This document shows, one piece after another, positions 29,174 to 38,048 of a stretch of DNA of 39,920 nt. The position numbers and the translations under genes are program-made. Origin of the DNA: Acidilobaceae archaeon. GTDB taxonomy: Archaea > Thermoproteota > Thermoprotei_A > Sulfolobales > Acidilobaceae. The notes beneath the pieces are model-generated. The model saw nothing but the letters and a program-made list of their open reading frames with translations. It made no database searches and was not told the DNA's origin. Positions within the stretch are counted from its first letter, which is position 1. Each line of letters begins with the position of its first letter. Location of the stretch: assembly GCA_027081695.1 (NCBI GenBank), contig JALWJI010000153.1, positions 1 through 39,920 on the forward strand, given 5' to 3'.

Positions 29174-29358
29174 CTGATTTCCCTCATTAGCCCCATTATC
29201 TTTAATTCCTGTGTCCTTTAGGATCTAGCCCCCTTTTTGGGAATATAATTATTTACACGGTTTTATCGTAGATATATAGAATTTACCTTGGAGCAAATAG
29301 ATTAGTAGAAAAATAATGAGTTTTATATTTAGGATTATGAAAAAAGATTATTATTGGG

Positions 29359-31971
29359 TTACTTTCTCATGAAGTAATATGCTGCTGCTATGATGATTAT
29401 TACTACGACTACTGCTGCTATTACGGTTCCTGATATTCCGCCCTCTTCTGGGGCTGCTGTTGTAGTTGTTGTTGTTTGCTCAGGTGGTGGTGTAGTTGTA
29501 GTTGTTGTCTGCTGGGTCTGCTCAGTTGTAGTTGTTGTTGTTCCTGGCTGTGGTGTTACTAGTGTTACTGATACCGACTGCTGTGCTGGGTTGCTGTATC
29601 CTACAGGGTATGCTAGTATTACTATCTGGTAGCTACCCTCTGATACGTTGGTTGGGAGTACTGCTTCGAAGCTTCCGGGCTCCTGGTAGTTTATCGTTAG
29701 GAATGTGGATGCGAAAGTCTCTAGGTTTACAGCGACTGCGTAGATCTTTACGTCTTCGTTGGTTGCTGGTTGGCCGTTGACGCTTACGCTGAGTGTTACT
29801 AGGGCGGTGCCCTCAGTGTTGTAGTTTACTGGATCATAGTTTATCTGTAGGTCTACAGTCTTTGGCTGTAGCTCCTGTGCTATTACTGCTGGGTCTACAG
29901 GGAAGTCTGCTACTCTCTTTACTGTTGCGATGTCGTTCTGTGCATCATAGCTGTCAAGGTAGAATGGACCGTTTGCTACTACCATGTGGTTGTGCTGGTT
30001 GAAGAAGTTTATCAGGTTATCTACTCTCTGCTCCCACTCTGCCTGTGTTAGGAGTCCTAGGTTGATTAGCTGCTGTACCCAGTCTGGTGGTGTTGTCTTA
30101 TACTGTTGTAGTAGGTCGACCATCTGCTGGCCCTGGTAGGTGTCTAGCAGGTGTATTGCTGGGTGGTACTCGTCGCTTGCGTCTAGGCTCCATACATACT
30201 TTGGTGTTACGTTCTCAGGCACATTCTGTATGTCTGGCTGTCCGTACTGCCATAGTAGGTCCATTCCTGCATAGAGTTCTAATGGCCAGCTTGTCCATAT
30301 GCTTGCTACTCCTGCTATAAATCCGGGATCTAGATGATCATAGTTTACATATACCTTGACTGTTGTCTCGTTAATTACCTTTACTGCTACAAACGAGTTG
30401 AGGAACGTGTAGTAGTCTCCTGCTATTGGTCCTTCGAACCTGTTGTCGACTGTTGTGTTGGTGCTGTCATCATATGCATATTCGAATATTACATATAGTG
30501 GTGCTAGTAGGTCTGCTACAGTCTCAGTTGTTCCATCGTGGAACTTGATCTGTCCAAGTAGCTTGTAGTTGATTGTTACTGCATTCTTTGCTGTTGTTAC
30601 GTTTGCTTCTGCTGCCGTTACGAACTGGTGAGCTGCGTGGTCATAAAGTAGTGCGTCGCCGTCAACTGTTACTGGGCCTCTTTCTAGGCTCCACTCTACT
30701 GTGTTTGCAGGGCTCCATCCTGTCTTACCGTCTGTTATTCTGCTTGTTATTCCTGGCCAGGTTATTGCTTCTACTACTGGCCTGCTGTAGAAGTCTTGGA
30801 ATCCGCCTACCGGGTTCCAGGCCCATCCGCTTGCATAAATGTATCTGTTTGTTAGTGTTATTGTGTCTTGTGGGTACTGTAGGTTCATGAACGTGAATGT
30901 GTGCCATGGGCTTGCCTTGGGGCTTGGTAGTATGCCCTGTAGGTCGCTGCTTACTGCGTAGAAGTCATAGGTTGCTGCTATGAATACTCTTACGCTCTCC
31001 CTGATTCCTAGGTCTACTCCCTCGTTTATTAGTTGCCAGAATTCTGTCTCGTTTGCATAGTCACCGTTGTCTAGTTTCTGGGCTATCTCGTCTATTGTAG
31101 CGTTATGATAGTTCCAGTATGTTGGCTCTAGCCATCCTGGCATTGCTCCCCATATGCTGCTGTAGAACCATACGAAGTTACCGTAGTCGTACTGGGTCAT
31201 TCCGGTGATTCCCCAGCCCTCTGTGTAGAGGTGCCACTCACAGGCGCTGGGGTCTCCGCTGTAGACTATCTGGTATGCTGCTGCGAAGTCGTTGTATAGC
31301 CTATCTACTGTTATTCCTACGTCGTTCTCCAGCTTGTTGGCTAGTAGGTCTCCAATGTCTTTCCTCTGGTCCTCGTTTCTTATTACGAACTTGACTGTTA
31401 CAGGGTCGCCGTTTGCCCAGTACCATTTACCGTCTGCTCCCTGTGTTGCTCCGAGTTCTTGTAGTGCTTGCTGGAGGAGCTGGATTCCGTACTGCTCTCC
31501 CTTAGCGTCGATTATTGCCTGCCACTTTAGTGCTGTTCCGACTAGGTATGGATAGTCGGGGTCTAGTGGTGTCCATGGTAGGATTACTGGTATAGCGTAT
31601 CCCTCGTAGATCTGTGATACTATTTCTCCTCTGGGTACTAGGAACTGTAGTGCGAATCTAGCCTTCTGGTTCTGGAATATGTTTATTGATCCGTCTTGGC
31701 AGGTGTCTGTTGGGTTTACGAGGATGTTTGTTAGACCGCTTGCTGCTTTTATCGTCTGGAAGCCTGCTTCTTGGAGCCTATTTACTAGATCTATGCTTCT
31801 TAGTCTGAAGAGTCTACCCTGTGAGTCTCCGAAAAGCAGACTACCGACTGCTGCCTGGTCGTCCTCTATTCTCTGGAATACTATTGTGTTAACATATCCT
31901 GCGTTTGAAACGAGTGCTGCTGCTATTGGGAGAACCATTAGTGCTACAATGAATATAGCTAGCGTTCTCAT
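29359..31971 (-). CDS. ABC transporter substrate-binding protein, family 5 (OppA/DppA-like), C-terminally membrane-anchored
   Basis: 870 aa. N-terminal signal/TM (MRTLAIFIVALMVLPIAAALV), a large SBP_bac_5-like body, a Thr/Pro/Gln linker, then a C-terminal TM helix and basic tail (VIAAVVVVIIIIAAAYYFMRK). Confidence 0.8.
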   Translation of the reverse strand: MRTLAIFIVALMVLPIAAALVSNAGYVNTIVFQRIEDDQAAVGSLLFGDSQGRLFRLRSIDLVNRLQEAGFQTIKAASGLTNILVNPTDTCQDGSINIFQNQKARFALQFLVPRGEIVSQIYEGYAIPVILPWTPLDPDYPYLVGTALKWQAIIDAKGEQYGIQLLQQALQELGATQGADGKWYWANGDPVTVKFVIRNEDQRKDIGDLLANKLENDVGITVDRLYNDFAAAYQIVYSGDPSACEWHLYTEGWGITGMTQYDYGNFVWFYSSIWGAMPGWLEPTYWNYHNATIDEIAQKLDNGDYANETEFWQLINEGVDLGIRESVRVFIAATYDFYAVSSDLQGILPSPKASPWHTFTFMNLQYPQDTITLTNRYIYASGWAWNPVGGFQDFYSRPVVEAITWPGITSRITDGKTGWSPANTVEWSLERGPVTVDGDALLYDHAAHQFVTAAEANVTTAKNAVTINYKLLGQIKFHDGTTETVADLLAPLYVIFEYAYDDSTNTTVDNRFEGPIAGDYYTFLNSFVAVKVINETTVKVYVNYDHLDPGFIAGVASIWTSWPLELYAGMDLLWQYGQPDIQNVPENVTPKYVWSLDASDEYHPAIHLLDTYQGQQMVDLLQQYKTTPPDWVQQLINLGLLTQAEWEQRVDNLINFFNQHNHMVVANGPFYLDSYDAQNDIATVKRVADFPVDPAVIAQELQPKTVDLQINYDPVNYNTEGTALVTLSVSVNGQPATNEDVKIYAVAVNLETFASTFLTINYQEPGSFEAVLPTNVSEGSYQIVILAYPVGYSNPAQQSVSVTLVTPQPGTTTTTTEQTQQTTTTTTPPPEQTTTTTTAAPEEGGISGTVIAAVVVVIIIIAAAYYFMRK
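29437..29556 (-). repeat. Low-complexity coding repeat (three Thr6 runs) in the SBP linker
   Basis: The 18-mer gttgtagttgttgttgtt occurs identically at 29459-29476 and 29525-29542, with a close variant at approx. 29493-29509. It encodes TTTTTT blocks separated by EQTQQ / PPPEQ. Confidence 0.8.
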
Positions 31972-32094
31972 GTCATATTCACCCGTTGGGCGTCATAAAC
32001 TGTATATGAAGGAGGATATTTAAATAGCTTGTCGTTAAAAACACGTATAAATTTAAGAAGATTTTTGATAAGTTATAAATAAAAATTATTTTTA

Positions 32095-33726
32095 TTACTT
32101 TACGAGCTTGGGTGCGACTATCGGCTCTAATGCTCTACCCAACAGTAGGAATGTCGCCGAGAATATCACTAACGCTAAGCCTGGGAAGAGGTATAGCCAC
32201 CAGTAACCAGCGTTGACTGCTCCTACATCATACGCTAGCTGGAGCATTTTACCCCAGGTTGGAGCGGCGGGATCACCGAATCCTAGTAGCGAGAGACTTG
32301 CCTCCGCCACTATAACTCCTGGGATAGATAGAACCGCTATAGCCATTGTATATGGGAAGATCTGTGGGAACATGTGTTTGAATAATATTCTCCTCGTAGA
32401 TGCACCAACAGCTCTAGCAGCCTCAACATATATTTGCTCACTTATCTGGAGAGCCATACTTCTTACAACTATGACTGGTCCCGCCCAGAACAATATGATC
32501 ATTAGGCCTGCGAGCACAGGCAGTGTTATTGCTGATCTGAACGCTACAGATAGCGCTATTAGTATTGGTAAGAACGGGAGAGAGTTAACGATGTCGACTA
32601 CTCTCATCATTATTTCTCCTTTTATATCTTTCCAGTAGCCTGCTGCTGTTCCATAGAAGGCTCCTATGAATGTTGATATGAATGTTACACTGAATCCAAG
32701 GATAAATGCATACGGGAGACCGAATAATAGTCCTAGTCCTATGGGCCTGCTCTTTGTATCTGTTCCGAAGAAACCATAGCAGTTTGGCTTTACCTCGAAT
32801 ACATATACTGTTGGTTCAACAAATGCGTCATTCTGCTTTGCTAGATTTGGATCAAACTGTCCATTGTTTAATACCAAGTCTCTATCCACGAAGTAGCCTA
32901 TCTTGAGAACAACTTTGTATTCTCCATTAAGCGGTACAACTTGGCCTTGCTCGTTAACTGTCGCCATTATTATCTGGCCTTGCTGTAGACCAGGTATCCC
33001 TTCAGGATAGCCGAGATACTCTTCTAGCTGTTTTATACTACTGGTGAAGTATTGTTCTATTAGGGCTCCTTGATATATCTTGTTGAGACTGTATGGTTTT
33101 ATGAACGTTATGTTTTCTCCTCCTTCTGTTATGTTTGCGACTTGGCCATAGAGGAACACTGTTCCAGACTCGCCTACCGGGAGCTTACCATCATAGAAGT
33201 ATACTTTTAGCCCGTCGGGCCTTTCTACATATGCCTCGAGTATGATAATGTCAGTTGTCGTTGTCTGCAGGTTCACAGTAGCATTTTTGCCTACCTCGAC
33301 GATTAATGCTAATGCAGTGTCGCTTGGGAATTCTTCTGCTTCGTAATTGAAGGATCCCTCATATACCGTTTCAACGTATACCGCGTTGAAATAGTCTATA
33401 AGCAATTGCTGCTTGGGATCGGCTACTTGGAAGCTCGCTTCTGGCCCTGTTACCTGCATGTCTTCTAGCGATACCTTTGCAGGTGGGGCTTTATCTGTTG
33501 CCCAGCATGGAGGAGCACTTTGTGGATATAGGTATGACCACTTGTTGCTTTGTGTGTACTCTTTAAGGCCTGTTTCTCCATAGGCAGCTACAACATAAAT
33601 TGCTAGTAACAGTTGTATTATTAGGAGTGCCATTCCTATTTTGCCACTCCAGGTTCTAAGTAGAAGTGACCAGTTGGAGAGTTGTTTTTTGCCTGTTTTC
33701 TTCTTCCTCTTAAACATCGCGGTCAC
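32095..33726 (-). CDS. Oligopeptide ABC transporter permease (OppC/DppC-type) with approx. 300-aa extracytoplasmic insert after TM1
   Basis: 543 aa. The C-terminal approx. 220 aa carry the BPD-transporter/EAA-loop core (YVEAARAVGASTRRILFKHMFP). The region after the first TM helix is a large soluble-looking domain. Confidence 0.8.
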   Translation of the reverse strand: MTAMFKRKKKTGKKQLSNWSLLLRTWSGKIGMALLIIQLLLAIYVVAAYGETGLKEYTQSNKWSYLYPQSAPPCWATDKAPPAKVSLEDMQVTGPEASFQVADPKQQLLIDYFNAVYVETVYEGSFNYEAEEFPSDTALALIVEVGKNATVNLQTTTTDIIILEAYVERPDGLKVYFYDGKLPVGESGTVFLYGQVANITEGGENITFIKPYSLNKIYQGALIEQYFTSSIKQLEEYLGYPEGIPGLQQGQIIMATVNEQGQVVPLNGEYKVVLKIGYFVDRDLVLNNGQFDPNLAKQNDAFVEPTVYVFEVKPNCYGFFGTDTKSRPIGLGLLFGLPYAFILGFSVTFISTFIGAFYGTAAGYWKDIKGEIMMRVVDIVNSLPFLPILIALSVAFRSAITLPVLAGLMIILFWAGPVIVVRSMALQISEQIYVEAARAVGASTRRILFKHMFPQIFPYTMAIAVLSIPGVIVAEASLSLLGFGDPAAPTWGKMLQLAYDVGAVNAGYWWLYLFPGLALVIFSATFLLLGRALEPIVAPKLVK

Positions 33727-33730
33727 CTCA

Positions 33731-35092
33731 TTATGCTCTCCTTATTCTCGGATCAAGTACTGTGTAGAGTATGTCTAGAATGAACCTAATGACCAAGTAT
33801 AATAGTGTAGTAATGTATGTTAGCTCTACTATAACCGGTATATCGTTTGCAACAATCGCATCCCAATATAGTCTCCCGAGACCAAACCAGTTGAATATGA
33901 GTTCAGTAATTATAGCTCCACTAAACACGCTGAGGACTATTGAGAAAAGCACTATTGTGACTAGAGGTGGTGCCGCTGCTCTTATCACGTGCTTTCTTAA
34001 CACCATAGATTCGGGTAATCCCTTCGCCCTGGCCACCGTGACGAAGTCCTCGTTGAATACGTCGAGGAGAATGTTTCTTATTCTATACGCGGTATCTCCT
34101 ATGCTAAGTATCGTGACTGTAAACACTGGAAGTGCCGCCATGCTTAGAATAGATGTTATACTTGTCCAGTCTATTCCCCCAGGCTTGTATGGTGATGGGA
34201 AGATCTCGTACTTTACAGTGAACAAGTAGATGAATACCATTGCCAGCCACCACCACGGCATGCTAACGCTGAATACGCTCCATGCAGTTATTGTTGAGTC
34301 AACTGTTTTCCCTGGCCTCCGCGCAGCGTATAGTGCTAGTGGAAGTGCAAATGCTAGTGTTAGGATTGATGATGTTGTGAATAGTAGAACTGAGTAGGGT
34401 ATCCTTTCCATGATTATGTGAAGGGCGTTTCTGTCGCCCTGGTAGGGCCAATACTGTGTTGTCAGGACAGTAGAGTAGAGTGGCTGGAATGTAATGAGCG
34501 TCTTAGTATACCTAACTGCTAACACATACCAGGGCTGGTCCAGTCCCTTCCTAACAATCTGTAGGTTTATCTCATCCTGAATGATTTTCTTTTTACACTC
34601 CTCTGAGAGCTTTGCTGAAACATCATCTATGAACGTTCTGAGTTCTGTCTGTGAAACGTTTATACCTTGCTCTTGGAGTGCTGCATATGCCTTAGCCGTG
34701 GTATAGTTTAGGAATTCATCATGTGTAACAATTGTCTTGTTATTGACTGCATCTACAATAACCGTCTGGAGAACTTCTTCGAGAACCGCGATTTGATCCT
34801 GGGAGAGTTGCTGTGGCAACGTCGTATTGCCACTTTCTATGACAGATTGTACAGATGTGTTTATCGCATCGATTAATCCCTGTTCTCCTATGTTGGGTCT
34901 TAACGCACATGACCTCGCTATAGCGACAGGTGGCTGGTTCTGGAATAAGACTCTTGCTTGCTGACGGACTGTCTGTGCAATGTTCTGCTTCTCACGTTCT
35001 GCTAATGGGCCCGTGAATATGGCTGCTACGATGAATGTTACAATTATTAATACTATTATAAGATTCAATATCTTTATCAGCACCCATTTCAA
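33731..35092 (-). CDS. Oligopeptide ABC transporter permease (OppB/DppB-type) with approx. 170-aa insert after TM1
   Basis: 453 aa with EAA-like FVTVARAKGLPESMVLRKHVIRAA and six TM segments. The stretch between TM1 and TM2 is extended. Confidence 0.8.
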   Translation of the reverse strand: MKWVLIKILNLIIVLIIVTFIVAAIFTGPLAEREKQNIAQTVRQQARVLFQNQPPVAIARSCALRPNIGEQGLIDAINTSVQSVIESGNTTLPQQLSQDQIAVLEEVLQTVIVDAVNNKTIVTHDEFLNYTTAKAYAALQEQGINVSQTELRTFIDDVSAKLSEECKKKIIQDEINLQIVRKGLDQPWYVLAVRYTKTLITFQPLYSTVLTTQYWPYQGDRNALHIIMERIPYSVLLFTTSSILTLAFALPLALYAARRPGKTVDSTITAWSVFSVSMPWWWLAMVFIYLFTVKYEIFPSPYKPGGIDWTSITSILSMAALPVFTVTILSIGDTAYRIRNILLDVFNEDFVTVARAKGLPESMVLRKHVIRAAAPPLVTIVLFSIVLSVFSGAIITELIFNWFGLGRLYWDAIVANDIPVIVELTYITTLLYLVIRFILDILYTVLDPRIRRA

Positions 35093-35243
35093 CGCCTACA
35101 CCTGTCCTATCCATTTAACACGTGAGGTCTACCAACTGTTTTAGAGAATCCTCTTATCCTTAAAAGTATGTAATACGGAACACGTAATACGACGGGTTAA
35201 TCCTCTGATATTCCTGGAGACACACTACTCGAGGTACTATGAG

Positions 35244-35873
35244 ATGCAGGCTGGAGAGAAGATAGTCTCAATACCATATTACCAGTTGAAAATATGGGAG
35301 ACCGGGGTCAGCTACAGATATGTGTATGGCGAGGCATATCTTTTCAAGGCAATACCCGAGGTTAAAGCCCTCGCACTCGTATCTCCAAGCGATCAGGGAC
35401 TCTATCCACATCCCTATCCTAACTCGATCAAGTTTAAGCCACTTGGCAAAGAAGAATACGTTGAAAGATTGAGGCAGGCGATAAAAAATATCCTCGAGGT
35501 AGCCGAGGAGGAGCCTAAGCCTGTCTTCGACGTCGGAGGCTTCAAGGGCTTGATAAAGATGGTTCTCTCCAACCTCTTTGGGGGATCGAAGGCTAGGGCA
35601 AAGCCTAGGGCAACACCTTATCTCGAGAGGCGCCTTGCCCTAGGATACCTGGTTGATGTCCTAGAGATAACTGATCCTGACGTGAGGATTACTGTTGAGA
35701 AGACTTATTGGAGACCATTAAGAATTATATTCAGAGATAGAGAAGGAGAGCAAATAGTGTCATCTGTAGAATATCTTGTCGATAACAGGTGGATCGAGGA
35801 TAGGGTTATCTACAAGATTCTACGAGATAATAGGGATGCTCTTAACATGTTATTAGAGGACTTAACAATGTAG
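35244..35873 (+). CDS. Hypothetical protein (209 aa)
   Basis: Clean ORF divergent from oppB. No motif recognised. Confidence 0.5.
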   Translation: MQAGEKIVSIPYYQLKIWETGVSYRYVYGEAYLFKAIPEVKALALVSPSDQGLYPHPYPNSIKFKPLGKEEYVERLRQAIKNILEVAEEEPKPVFDVGGFKGLIKMVLSNLFGGSKARAKPRATPYLERRLALGYLVDVLEITDPDVRITVEKTYWRPLRIIFRDREGEQIVSSVEYLVDNRWIEDRVIYKILRDNRDALNMLLEDLTM

Positions 35874-35977
35874 TCTAACCCTTACACGTGTATCATGTAA
35901 TTATAATTGTTTAGATACAGTTAGTGGAGGTTCACATTTTAATAGTCTCAGCATACTATCATTAATATAATGGCCCA

Positions 35978-35984
35978 TTTATAA
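35978..35984 (+). promoter_or_regulatory. TATA box for the RAM-domain gene (leaderless spacing)
   Basis: tttataa begins 24 nt upstream of ATG 36002, and no SD sequence lies between them. Confidence 0.4.
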
Positions 35985-36001
35985 CGGGCGGTGAACGTGG
36001 A

Positions 36002-36244
36002 ATGGCTCGTGCAATTGTCATGATAAACACGGATGTAGGAAAGGAAAATGAAATCTTCGAGAAAGTCCTCGAGATCCCAGAGGTCAAAGAGGTATACATG
36101 GTATATGGTATACACGACCTAATAGTAATCATCGAAGCAGACACCATGGAGAAGCTGCGGAACCTCATAACAGAGAATATCCGCCGTATGGACGGTGTTA
36201 AGAGCACGCTGACAAGCATCGTAGTAATGCATAAGACAAAGTAA
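36002..36244 (+). CDS. Stand-alone Lrp/AsnC ligand-binding (RAM) domain protein, no HTH
   Basis: 80 aa. AIVMINTDVGKENEIFEKVLEIPEVKEVYMVYGIHDLIVIIEADTMEKLRNLITENIRRMDGVKSTLTSIVV matches the beta-alpha-beta-beta-alpha-beta AsnC-type RAM pattern. Confidence 0.8.
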   Translation: MARAIVMINTDVGKENEIFEKVLEIPEVKEVYMVYGIHDLIVIIEADTMEKLRNLITENIRRMDGVKSTLTSIVVMHKTK

Positions 36245-36298
36245 GCTTGATCACTCTTTCCCACCAATTATCCATGTAATCCTCCGAGAAGGGGATCC

Positions 36299-37720
36299 AT
36301 GATACCTAACGTGTTCTTTCCCCAAAACAAGCCTCCTGGAGAAGACTGGATTCCCTTTACACTTGCACTAGACGACATAGACAGTCCTGGAGGCGGGTGC
36401 ACGACTCATCTAACTGGTCTCCTACTCTACGAGCTCCGAGACAAGCTACTGCTTGCAGACTATCCCCTCCTAGTAAGGCTTGCCCCGGGCGTTCCATGGA
36501 AGACACGGGGCAACGCCGCGACAGTCATAAGGGGATGGATCCAGGGATTCGGCTATGAGGAGCTCTTAGAGCGCGCGAGATTACTCGCCGTAGAGTATAG
36601 TAGTGGGAGGGTAAATGAGCCGGGGAAGGCTCCTGGGATAGCATTATATAAGGGTACTGCTCCGTGGAGAGACCGTGTCCTACGCCGGCTCTATCTGCGA
36701 GGCGTTTCCGAACTCGTATACGGCGAGTACATAGTTGAGACTGCGATATCGAGAGGCGTCATGCTCTGGGGAGGTCGTGGACGCGTCGGCGCAGTCCTAG
36801 CTCTTGCATCACTATCCCCGGAGGACCCGTATACATATGAGTTAATCGCGTATAGATACCCCGAGAACTGGGGGCGTCCCAGATGCGTTGATCATGATCC
36901 CGTAAAAGAATCCTGTATCCCTGCATGTGCTTCCAATAACTATGATCTATCAACTGGTAAACTCGCCGCGGCCCCGAATGGTCCTGACCCTATACTCGCA
37001 GGATTCCGCGGCGTCTGTATAGGAGGCCTTGGATGCTATGCCTCTATTCTGTGCGAGGAGCCTCATTTCTGGGTGCTTTACCGGAGTAATCAGCATACGG
37101 ATATCCACTATGGATCAATGTTAACCCCCCGGTTAACACCCTACAAGAGCATAAGAATAACCATAACCATCCTAGACAAGGAAAAACTACCGGGATCCCA
37201 TATACTTTTGCAGGGGCTCCATCCAGACCTCGGGAAAATCATTGTAGCCGTATACCGTGAAACGGGGCCTATGAGGAGACTAGCCGAGAACCTTGTAAGA
37301 GGAGACCTAGTAGAGATTATGGGCACCGTGAGGCCCTACCCTGGACTAGACGAGGGATACACTCTTGCAGCCGAGAAACTTAGAATAATCAAGCTCGAAG
37401 AGGAGAATCTGCAGGTCGCACCTAGATGTCCACGATGCGGTAAGCGTATGAAGTCCATGGGTAGAGGCCAAGGATACCGGTGTCCACGATGCGGTTACCG
37501 GGATCCCGAGGCCCATCCAATAATGATACATGGTATCAGGAGAATCGTTCCATCAATCGTTACACCAACGCCTAGTAACCTCAGGCACCTTGTTAAACCA
37601 CCATGGCTTGGCTCCGGCCCTGTTACACCTATCCCTCATAGATTATTGAAGGTTAACGAGGTCTTCTCTATAAAAGTCCCTTCTCCTGCCACATTAGAGC
37701 TCTGTAGTGATTGTATGTGA
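36299..37720 (+). CDS. tiaS: tRNA(Ile2) 2-agmatinylcytidine synthetase TiaS
   Basis: 473 aa. N-terminal LDDIDSPGGGCTTHL (kinase-domain signature), an OB-like middle region and the C-terminal zinc ribbon CPRCGKRM...YRCPRCGY. Confidence 0.85.
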   Translation: MIPNVFFPQNKPPGEDWIPFTLALDDIDSPGGGCTTHLTGLLLYELRDKLLLADYPLLVRLAPGVPWKTRGNAATVIRGWIQGFGYEELLERARLLAVEYSSGRVNEPGKAPGIALYKGTAPWRDRVLRRLYLRGVSELVYGEYIVETAISRGVMLWGGRGRVGAVLALASLSPEDPYTYELIAYRYPENWGRPRCVDHDPVKESCIPACASNNYDLSTGKLAAAPNGPDPILAGFRGVCIGGLGCYASILCEEPHFWVLYRSNQHTDIHYGSMLTPRLTPYKSIRITITILDKEKLPGSHILLQGLHPDLGKIIVAVYRETGPMRRLAENLVRGDLVEIMGTVRPYPGLDEGYTLAAEKLRIIKLEEENLQVAPRCPRCGKRMKSMGRGQGYRCPRCGYRDPEAHPIMIHGIRRIVPSIVTPTPSNLRHLVKPPWLGSGPVTPIPHRLLKVNEVFSIKVPSPATLELCSDCM

Positions 37721-37754
37721 TCGCTATAATACAATGTTAACTCCCCGGTTAACA

Positions 37755-37777
37755 ACCCCCCAGTTTCCAATGGAAAC
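37755..37777 (-). repeat. ORB-like element 1
   Basis: aaccccccagTTTCCAATGGAAAC. C-run, 2-nt spacer, then a perfect 7-bp dyad gtttcca-a-tggaaac. On the minus strand it reads GTTTCCATTGGAAACTGGGGGGTT. Confidence 0.7.
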
Positions 37778-37800
37778 ACATACCAATACCCGGAGCCAGG

Positions 37801-37821
37801 GACCCCCTCGTTTCCTATGCA
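37801..37821 (-). repeat. ORB-like element 2
   Basis: gaccccctcgtttcctatgca. Shares a perfect 20-mer (37800-37819) with ORB4 (38025-38044). Confidence 0.75.
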
Positions 37822-37936
37822 CTTATCTTAAACTAGAACTCCTGTATAACGTTTCACTTGGATATAATTGGTTTGCATAATGATTATATCTAAATATATA
37901 TAATTAAAAATATATTAATATAACATAATTTAAATC

Positions 37937-37950
37937 TTCCATAGAGAAAG
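37937..37950 (+). repeat. mini-ORB-like element (dyad without G-string)
   Basis: ttccatagagaaag, in the same orientation as ORB3 and 27 nt upstream of it. Confidence 0.4.
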
Positions 37951-37963
37951 ATCCGATATACTA

Positions 37964-37986
37964 GTTCCATAGGAAATAGGGGGGTC
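37964..37986 (+). repeat. ORB-like element 3 (inverted relative to ORB1/2/4)
   Basis: gTTCCATAGGAAAtaggggggtc. Dyad plus a 6-G string read on the plus strand. Confidence 0.75.
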
Positions 37987-38025
37987 TGGGACCTCCTTCG
38001 TTGTATGTTTCTGGGGTTTATAAAG

Positions 38026-38048
38026 GACCCCCTCGTTTCCTATGGAGC
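38026..38048 (-). repeat. ORB-like element 4
   Basis: gaccccctcgtttcctatggagc. On the minus strand it reads GCTCCATAGGAAACGAGGGGGTC. Confidence 0.75.

Noticed and set aside
29390-30890. Val/Leu/Cys-rich plus-strand ORFs (29390-29632, 29532-29780, 30573-30890 and others)
   Set aside because: They are the mirror image of the Thr/Gln/Asn-rich binding-protein gene, and the poly-Val runs are simply antisense to the poly-Thr runs.
35119-35890. CACGTG palindromes (35119-35124 and 35885-35890) flanking the orphan gene 35244-35873 as paired regulator sites
   Set aside because: Only a 6-bp palindrome with about 8-9 nt of loose shared context. Two occurrences within 800 bp is not clearly above chance.
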